DNA of 64,000 nucleotides from an uncultured Candidatus Saccharibacteria bacterium (lineage in GTDB: Bacteria; Patescibacteriota; Minisyncoccia; Ryanbacterales; GWA2-47-10b): NCBI GenBank assembly GCA_964356915.1, contig CAYHJF010000004.1, forward strand, positions 663 through 64,662, written 5' to 3'. Under the pieces are notes generated by a model. It was not told the origin of the DNA, made no database searches, and saw nothing but the letters and a program-made list of their open reading frames with translations. Positions 57,511 to 64,000 of the stretch are shown in pieces. Within the stretch, counting starts at the first letter, position 1. Every line of letters starts with the position of its first letter. A program made the translations under genes and the position numbers.

Positions 57511-59352
57511 ATGAAAACTCTCTCTCATATTGCAGCGGCATTCATACTTGGATGTATGTTTCTTCTCATGTTTCTTTCATCATGGAATGACGCGGCGATC
57601 TTTGATGAAACGGCACACATCGGTGCCGCCTACTCATACGTAACATTGCGTGACATGCGACTGAATCCTGAACATCCCCCACTCCTCAAGGATCTCGCCG
57701 GGATCGCACTTCTTCCACTTCATGCAGTATTTCGTACTGACACAACTGCGTGGCAAAACGATGTTAACGGTCAATGGGCCCAAGGCGGAGCATTTCTCTA
57801 CGAATTCGGTAACGACCCTGATCGCATATTGCATTACGCGCGATTCCCTCTCATGCTCATCGCACTACTCTTTGGGTGGCTTCTCTACCGCTGGGTACTG
57901 AGCGTATACGGCACAAAAACGGCACTCCTCGCACTATTTTTCTATGCAAGCTCTCCGACCATCATCGCTCACTCACGATTTGTCACGACTGATATCGGTG
58001 CGGCATTTGCGTTTTTTATTGGCATCACAACATACGTACGATTTCTGGCGCGCCCGAGCACAAAACGACTCGCTGTTGCTGGTATCGCATTTGGTATCGC
58101 ACAGAATATAAAATTCTCTCTTTTCCTCTTGGTTCCTATCTATGTTTTTTTAGGACTCGTATCACTTTTTGTACGTGATGACATTTGGGATGTCGTGCGC
58201 ACACGAAAGGAACGCGCACGACTCTTATGGCGCCATGGCGTTGTACTTGGGCTAAAAACTCTCGCTATCTTTCTTGTTGGTGTTGTAATTATCTGGATCG
58301 TATATCTCTGGCATGTATGGAACTATCCACAAGAAAAACAACTCTCTGACGCCCAAACACTTATTCGTACATTTCGCGTAAAGCCGCTCGTCACACTTGA
58401 TCTATGGCTCATCAGTCATGCGCCAACTCGACCGCTCGGGCAATACCTCCTTGGACTCATGATGGTGACTCAACGTACTGCGGGTGGAAATAGCGCGTAC
58501 TTCTTGGGCGAAGTCTCTGCAAATGGCTGGTGGTATTACTTCCCAACCGCATACGCGCTGAAAGAGACTCTTGCATTTCATCTCCTTACACTTATCGCGC
58601 TCGTACTCGCGATCAGGCGTGTATTGGGATCAAAAGAAAAAACACTTCGAGCAGTCCGAGAATGGATTCATGATAACTTCGCGTATTTTGCATCAATATT
58701 TTTCGTAGCATTTTACTGGGCATCTTCCATCGCAAATCCGCTTAACATCGGCGTACGCCATGTGATTCCTACGTTTCCATTTATCTACTTACTCGTCTCT
58801 CGACAACTTGTACTTTGGATGTCAGAATTTCGGACTCCATCCGATGGATCATTGCGCGGACTCATGAGCGCCCTCTATCATACTGTCGTTCGACCAATCC
58901 CACGCGTATTCTTAGTAGCACTTCTCTGTCTCTGGGCAGGGCTCTCAACGCTCTTTGTATTCCCTTACTATCTTTCATACTTCAACGAAATCGTAGGGAC
59001 GCAAAACGGATACAAATATATTACTGATTCGAATTATGACTGGGGACAAGACCTCAAACGCCTTGGTGATCACATAACGCGTACGTCTTCATATGAACCT
59101 GTGTATCTCGACTACTTCGGAGGTGGCTCACCAAAGTATTATCTTGGTAGACCATATCAGCCGTGGTATTCAAGTTATGGTCCTCCTCCATCAGGTTCAC
59201 TTTTTGCTGTATCAGCAAATTCCATCCAAGGGAATCAAGCGCGCTATGTAGGCAACCTCTCTATTAAACCCGAAGATACATACCCGTGGCTTCGCGATCT
59301 CAAACCATTTGGTCGTGCAGGCACTTCAATTTTCCTCTACCGAATGCCCTAA
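57511..59352 (+). CDS. GT-C fold glycosyltransferase (ArnT/PMT-like)
   Basis: IFDETAH, RLNPEHPPL, TTD, NIGVRH, DSNYDWGQDL. Confidence 0.85.
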   Translation: MKTLSHIAAAFILGCMFLLMFLSSWNDAAIFDETAHIGAAYSYVTLRDMRLNPEHPPLLKDLAGIALLPLHAVFRTDTTAWQNDVNGQWAQGGAFLYEFGNDPDRILHYARFPLMLIALLFGWLLYRWVLSVYGTKTALLALFFYASSPTIIAHSRFVTTDIGAAFAFFIGITTYVRFLARPSTKRLAVAGIAFGIAQNIKFSLFLLVPIYVFLGLVSLFVRDDIWDVVRTRKERARLLWRHGVVLGLKTLAIFLVGVVIIWIVYLWHVWNYPQEKQLSDAQTLIRTFRVKPLVTLDLWLISHAPTRPLGQYLLGLMMVTQRTAGGNSAYFLGEVSANGWWYYFPTAYALKETLAFHLLTLIALVLAIRRVLGSKEKTLRAVREWIHDNFAYFASIFFVAFYWASSIANPLNIGVRHVIPTFPFIYLLVSRQLVLWMSEFRTPSDGSLRGLMSALYHTVVRPIPRVFLVALLCLWAGLSTLFVFPYYLSYFNEIVGTQNGYKYITDSNYDWGQDLKRLGDHITRTSSYEPVYLDYFGGGSPKYYLGRPYQPWYSSYGPPPSGSLFAVSANSIQGNQARYVGNLSIKPEDTYPWLRDLKPFGRAGTSIFLYRMP

Positions 59353-59353
59353 A

Positions 59354-60190
59354 CTACTCAGCTGACGTCTTTGGTTCGTTACGAAACTTATAAAAAATTC
59401 TCTTATCAAAACGAAGATCGATATACTCAAGATCGTTCACACGACTTTTAATATCGCCACTAATTGCCGTCTGAAGATTTTTATATGCCTCTTCGGGATT
59501 ATTTGACTCAAGAAGCAAGATTTCCCATCCCGCGCGAGTCTGGACTCGAAGCGTTTGATCTTTCGCATCAATTGAAAATGCGAGACTCTGAAGATTCTGA
59601 TCACTAACCGCCTTTTCATTAAAATACGCGACTAATTGCATAAATGCCTGACTTACGTACGTTCCTCCAAGATGAATATCATAGATGCGATTATCTTGGA
59701 CCTTTGGGACAATAAGTCCTGTAAAGTCAGGAGCTCCTTCAAAGACAACGCCTGCGCGATCCATCCAGTAACATGTCCCCGAGGTCGCACTGCAAAGAAC
59801 GCCCCATGGATCATATTCTTCAACAACAACGCGAAGTGTCTGATCGAATGCTGTCCGCACACGAGCTGATTTTAATGTAGAAAATTCATGCTTAAGCATG
59901 TCTGCAAGATTTTGGCGATCAAGAATCCAGATACTACGCCGAGGCAAAACATAAAAACGCTTTGTATTTAAGAACGTCTCTGTACGCGCACGAATATCCG
60001 CATCTTTCGTTCGCTCTAGACCCTCTATAGAAATATTTGCGATTTGAAATCGCTCGAGCGACAACACCCAAACGATCCCCGCAAAACATACAAGAACTAT
60101 AAAAATTCCGAGCAGAGTACGCCGCCTCCGTCGTTTATATTTTGAACGTCGACCCTGCGCCGCGAGCCGAGATTGCAACCGAGACTTCAT
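59354..60190 (-). CDS. ftsQ: FtsQ/DivIB-like cell division protein
   Basis: Basic N-terminus, single TM, POTRA-like IANISIEG..LRVVVEE, C-terminal YIDLRF. Confidence 0.7.
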   Translation of the reverse strand: MKSRLQSRLAAQGRRSKYKRRRRRTLLGIFIVLVCFAGIVWVLSLERFQIANISIEGLERTKDADIRARTETFLNTKRFYVLPRRSIWILDRQNLADMLKHEFSTLKSARVRTAFDQTLRVVVEEYDPWGVLCSATSGTCYWMDRAGVVFEGAPDFTGLIVPKVQDNRIYDIHLGGTYVSQAFMQLVAYFNEKAVSDQNLQSLAFSIDAKDQTLRVQTRAGWEILLLESNNPEEAYKNLQTAISGDIKSRVNDLEYIDLRFDKRIFYKFRNEPKTSAE

Positions 60191-61455
60191 CCTCGTCCAA
60201 TCACGCTCTTACCAATATACTTTTGAAGTACTTCGGGAATACGTACCGTGCCATCTTCTTGTTGAAATTGTTCAAATATACTAATTAAAATACGTGGTGT
60301 TGCAACCGCCGTATTATTGAGCGAGTGCGCAAAGCGTATCGTTCCATCGGTATCACGGTATCGAATATTAAGTCGGCGCGTCTGGAAGTCGTGGAAATAA
60401 GAAGCTGAATGTGTCTCACCAAATTTTCGCTGAGAAGGAACCCATGTTTCAATATCATATTTTTTGACCTGACCGAGGCCGAGATCGCCTCCGCAGTTAG
60501 TCACTACTCGATAGTAAAGTCCAAGCGCTTGCAACATCTCTTCGGCGTTTCGCGTTAGCTCTTCATGAAATTCAACGGACTTCATATGGCTTGCCTCACA
60601 AAGCACCACCTGTTCAACCTTCATGAATTCATGAACACGATATAATCCCTTGGTATCTTTACCATGACTCCCTGCCTCTCGCCTGAAACACGGAGAAAGT
60701 GCGACAAACTTTTTTGGTAAGTCGCTCACCTCCAAAATCTCATCTCGATACATACCCATTGTTGATACTTCAGCAGTACCAACGAGCCATAGATGATCTT
60801 GCGTCTGATAAATCTCATCTTTCCCTTGCGGTAAGTAACCTGTGCCCACAAGGTTTTCCTCGCGCGTAAGCGATGGCACGATGATCGGCGTAAAACCTTT
60901 CTTTACCAAACATTCCATCGCAAATTGCCAGAGCGCCATTGATAAAAGTGCTCCCTCTTTTTTTAATATATACCCGCGAAATCCGGCAACCTTCGTACCA
61001 CGGTCAAAGTCCGCGCCATCAAGTTCGCGCAATAACGTAATATGATCTTTGGGCTCAAAACTAAATTGCGGTTCACTACCCCATCTCCGCATCTCATGGT
61101 TTTCGGCATCGCTTACACCATCTGGCACCGAAGGATCGGGCACATTAGGTACCTCGTACATCAATCTCTGAAACTCTTCTTCAATAACACCTAATTCTTT
61201 TTCTTTTACCTCGAGACGCGCCTTGAACGCACGCGTTTGCTCAATGGCAACTTTCTTGTCTTCTGGGTTTTGAATTTTTGCAATTGCATCAGCGGTCGCG
61301 TTTCCCTCTGCTCGCATTGCCTCTACTTCAGTACGAATTGTTCGCCGTCGCTCATCCACAGTCAGTAATTTATCAACATCAAAAGGAATGCGTTTCTTGC
61401 GCGCAGCGTCTTTTATCAAAAGTGGATTTTCCCGTATAAATCTGATATCTAACAT
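60187..61455 (-). CDS. serS: Serine--tRNA ligase
   Basis: MLDIRFIREN, LVGTAEV, CFRREAGSHGKDTKGLYRVHEF, KYDIETW, HSLNNTAVA. Confidence 0.98.
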   Translation of the reverse strand: MLDIRFIRENPLLIKDAARKKRIPFDVDKLLTVDERRRTIRTEVEAMRAEGNATADAIAKIQNPEDKKVAIEQTRAFKARLEVKEKELGVIEEEFQRLMYEVPNVPDPSVPDGVSDAENHEMRRWGSEPQFSFEPKDHITLLRELDGADFDRGTKVAGFRGYILKKEGALLSMALWQFAMECLVKKGFTPIIVPSLTREENLVGTGYLPQGKDEIYQTQDHLWLVGTAEVSTMGMYRDEILEVSDLPKKFVALSPCFRREAGSHGKDTKGLYRVHEFMKVEQVVLCEASHMKSVEFHEELTRNAEEMLQALGLYYRVVTNCGGDLGLGQVKKYDIETWVPSQRKFGETHSASYFHDFQTRRLNIRYRDTDGTIRFAHSLNNTAVATPRILISIFEQFQQEDGTVRIPEVLQKYIGKSVIGRG

Positions 61456-61490
61456 GGTACTAGTATAGCGAAATTAGGCTCTCCTGCAAT

Positions 61491-61519
61491 CAAAAACCCC
61501 ACAACGCGTGGGGTTTTTG
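61491..61519. terminator. Intrinsic terminator
   Basis: CAAAAACCCCAC-aacgc-GTGGGGTTTTTG. Confidence 0.85.
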
Positions 61520-61537
61520 AAAAAGCGTCTAGAGTTG

Positions 61538-62092
61538 CTATTCGACAATAACCTTGCCAAATTTTCCACTATTTACATGGTCGTGATAGTTCCATGACCC
61601 CTTCTCACCAAACATAAACGAATATGACTCTCCCTTACCCAACCCGTGACATGCGTCAAAGATTTTTGTAGCCTCTGCCGTACCACACTTTTTGATATCC
61701 GAACCTGGGTACACGGTGTGTGTTGGATGCATCGCGGATGCTGGCCATGTAGCCTTATCGGATGAATTCATCCATGTTACTTTTGTGCCTACCTTAATAG
61801 TCACTGATGCAGGAGAAAATCCATTACCATCAAAAGTAATTTTCACCTCTTCCTTCATCATACCTGGAGCACCTTCCATCATGCCCGTCTCTTCATCCAT
61901 CGCGCCATCACCTTCCATCATTTTACCGTCATTCATCATGTGACCTTCCTCATCCGCCGTCTTATCACTCTTTGTCGTATCCGTATTTGATGTTTGATTA
62001 GTACTCGGAGCCTCTGCTGGCTTACTAAACATAAGAAACGCCCCAACTCCGATTACTGCGATAATTACAAATATTGCAACAATTTTACCCAT
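61538..62092 (-). CDS. Membrane-anchored cupredoxin-fold protein with Met-rich linker
   Basis: FSPASVTIKVGTKVTWMN, GESYSFMF..GSWNYHDH..GKVIVE. Confidence 0.8.
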   Translation of the reverse strand: MGKIVAIFVIIAVIGVGAFLMFSKPAEAPSTNQTSNTDTTKSDKTADEEGHMMNDGKMMEGDGAMDEETGMMEGAPGMMKEEVKITFDGNGFSPASVTIKVGTKVTWMNSSDKATWPASAMHPTHTVYPGSDIKKCGTAEATKIFDACHGLGKGESYSFMFGEKGSWNYHDHVNSGKFGKVIVE

Positions 62093-62195
62093 AAAAAATC
62101 TCCTAGATATAACCATCATTCATGACCGTCTATGAAATGTCAACGACTATCTTATACATGCTAAAAAATAAAAAACGCCGAGGCGGCGTTTTACA

Positions 62196-62720
62196 CTAGG
62201 TGAAAAAATGGAGTCCTGAAAAAAGTACGGGATGATTGAACGTCTGGATAATCGCACGAGGACCTGAGCAATCCGCAACTTGTCGCCACGGATGAAACAC
62301 CGGGGTACCCGCGATAGGACAAGTACTAACGGCATTACTGCCACCAATATAGAATCCTACATGTTCGGTGCCTTCCCTCATCTCCCAACGAATGACTCCG
62401 CCCGGCAATATATCGGGAGCATCCACGGAAGTCCATCCACATCGCTCAAGGTCAGCCAAAAGACCTTTGACAGTTGCATGACGAGTCTCACACAGAGGTC
62501 GGCCTTCAAAACGAAACCATGTAAGCAAACTTGATACATGAAGTGCGCAAGATCTTTTTGCCCCACCGGTAATATCGATGGCACGCTCATCTGCGTCTTC
62601 CCATACAGAACGCGCAAACATGGATGTCCCCTGCGAACCACGTATAACATGAAGTAAATTACAAAGTACCTGTTCAATCATCGCAGGTCTTTGCCCTGAT
62701 ACACCGTCAGGTCTGGTCAT
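62196..62720 (-). CDS. Hypothetical protein, papain-like (NlpC/P60/CHAP-like) motif pattern
   Basis: SD AGGAGG; SCALHVS...PGGVIRW...EHVGFYIG. Confidence 0.55.
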   Translation of the reverse strand: MTRPDGVSGQRPAMIEQVLCNLLHVIRGSQGTSMFARSVWEDADERAIDITGGAKRSCALHVSSLLTWFRFEGRPLCETRHATVKGLLADLERCGWTSVDAPDILPGGVIRWEMREGTEHVGFYIGGSNAVSTCPIAGTPVFHPWRQVADCSGPRAIIQTFNHPVLFSGLHFFT

Positions 62721-62767
62721 ATCAAGAAACCTCCTAAAAAGAGAGTACGCAATTATAGAAAGATTGT

Positions 62768-63196
62768 CTACAGCCCTGTCGTACCAAACCCTCCACGGTC
62801 AGGAGAGTCCAGATCATCTACCTCTTCAATCTCAACGCGCTCGCAAGAAACAAAAACCGCCTGAGCGATACGCTCTCCCCGCTCAATCGTCACTGAAGCG
62901 TCCGTGTAGTTGTATACAAACGCTTTATATTCATCGTTATTCCCAGAGTAATCGTGATCCATAATGCCCACACTATTTGCAAAGAAAATACCACGCTTTG
63001 GGGTTGAAGATCGAGGAGCAAGCAACACGAAAAAACCTTCTGGATATTTGATAGCAATATTTAACGGAATAAATGCCGTAGTCTTCGGAAGAATTGTTGT
63101 CGATTCACGAGCCGGCAGATCAAACGCAACCGCCCCACTCGTTTTGTACTCCGGCAACGGCAGAGTCTTATCAATACGACGAATACGAATTTTCAT
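62768..63196 (-). CDS. dut: dUTP diphosphatase
   Basis: AVAFDL, PRSS, NSVGIMDHDYSG, GERIAQ, RGGFGTTG. Confidence 0.95.
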   Translation of the reverse strand: MKIRIRRIDKTLPLPEYKTSGAVAFDLPARESTTILPKTTAFIPLNIAIKYPEGFFVLLAPRSSTPKRGIFFANSVGIMDHDYSGNNDEYKAFVYNYTDASVTIERGERIAQAVFVSCERVEIEEVDDLDSPDRGGFGTTGL

Positions 63197-63197
63197 A

Positions 63198-63863
63198 CTA
63201 ATTTCTTACAAGAGTAAAATCTAAAACCGTCCATTGATTTTTTCGAGCTGCTCGGCGCAATCGCATATCTGGGTTCACTGCTACCGGATGCGTCACTAAC
63301 TTCATCATGGGAATATCTTGACTATGATCAGTATATGCATAGGTTTCAAACGGTTTATTTTTTGCGATAAAATCTCCGACAACAATGTGTTTATTCCCGC
63401 CAATGAGCATCCCATCGATCTCACCAGTATACCGTGCTCCGCTTACACGCAGTTTTGTCGCAATAACATGAGGCAATGAAAGATAGGCTCCTATTTTTTT
63501 TACAAATGGCTCGAATGAGCTTGAGAGCAAAATAACTTCGTGTCCCTTCATACGATGTTCATCAATAAGATGTAACGCGTCAACATACATTTTATGTCGA
63601 ACGCGTTGTTCAAAAATTACATCCAACGCTCGATCAAGCTCTTCGATTGAGATCCCCGCCAACTCACGAGCTCCTTTATTTGCGATACGCTCAAGACTCC
63701 CCCATAGCCCAAGTTTCCAGAGGACAAACCAAAATGAGGCACGAAACACGAGTATCCATGAAGCAAGCCCCATAAGAAATAGGTGCCATATGACTGTCGT
63801 GTTGATATTCCCACGGATAATGGTCTCATCAACATCAAAAAATACAACTATCTGCTTCTCCAT
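63198..63863 (-). CDS. HAD-IB hydrolase
   Basis: FFDVDET, LLSSS, YAYTDHSQDIPM, PVAVNPD. Confidence 0.88.
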   Translation of the reverse strand: MEKQIVVFFDVDETIIRGNINTTVIWHLFLMGLASWILVFRASFWFVLWKLGLWGSLERIANKGARELAGISIEELDRALDVIFEQRVRHKMYVDALHLIDEHRMKGHEVILLSSSFEPFVKKIGAYLSLPHVIATKLRVSGARYTGEIDGMLIGGNKHIVVGDFIAKNKPFETYAYTDHSQDIPMMKLVTHPVAVNPDMRLRRAARKNQWTVLDFTLVRN

Positions 63864-63911
63864 ATATAAAGACTACACGAAACTTTTTTTCTGTGATACC
63901 CTAGTTTCCAC

Positions 63912-63982
63912 GGGCCTGTAGCATAATGGCAGTGCACCCGGTTTGCATCCGGGGTGTGGGAGTTCGATTCTCCCCAGGTCCA
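63912..63982 (+). tRNA. tRNA-Ala(TGC), CCA not encoded
   Basis: GGGCCTG/CAGGTCC-A with G3:U70; anticodon arm CCCGG-TTTGCAT-CCGGG; GGGAG-TTCGATT-CTCCC; followed by CTA. Confidence 0.93.
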
Positions 63983-64000
63983 CTAATAAAAAAATAAAAC

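Noticed and set aside
63912-63985. tRNA-Ala pseudogene because it ends in CTA
   Set aside because: All arms and G3:U70 are intact; non-encoded CCA is common and added enzymatically
1-64000. CRISPR array, IS elements, rRNA, or recoded genetic code (TGA=Gly)
   Set aside because: No regularly spaced repeats or transposase motifs seen by eye; long genes are intact in code 11 and several end at TGA in coupled overlaps

Overview
Gene-dense bacterial chromosome segment, mostly on the minus strand, read in standard code 11. It is inferred to come from a Patescibacteria (CPR, Parcubacteria-like) organism. This rests on a CxxC-x17-CxxC protein, a stand-alone VirD4/HerA-like ATPase, a short dnaX, AT-rich start contexts mostly lacking Shine-Dalgarno motifs, and many small secreted Cys-rich proteins. 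The left and central part (1-47 kb) is an accessory stress, envelope and metal region. It carries a GH18 hydrolase, a MacAB-like exporter with an ECF sigma, a PIF1-like helicase, a cold-shock protein, ABC-F, a heterodimeric ABC exporter, VOC proteins, a Cu P-type ATPase, a zwf-gnd fusion, an M1 aminopeptidase and Fur-YibE/F. The right part is core-like: dnaX, lemA, GtrA, two GT-C glycosyltransferases, ftsQ-like, serS and dut. tRNA-Gln and tRNA-Ala are also present. No CRISPR, transposase, integrase or rRNA was seen. The main observations are: (1) a membrane-anchored Ig/Cys-rich protein ending in a Hedgehog-like Hint domain; (2) a divergent Fur locus with two near-identical palindromic boxes facing a metallothionein-like ORF; (3) a 5'-end duplication of tRNA-Gln enclosing four hairpins; (4) a sharply GC-rich orphan gene with a switch-like leader; (5) a pervasive TAnnnT-N6-8-ATG (leaderless-type) start architecture. 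All family calls come from motif recognition by eye, not from database searches.
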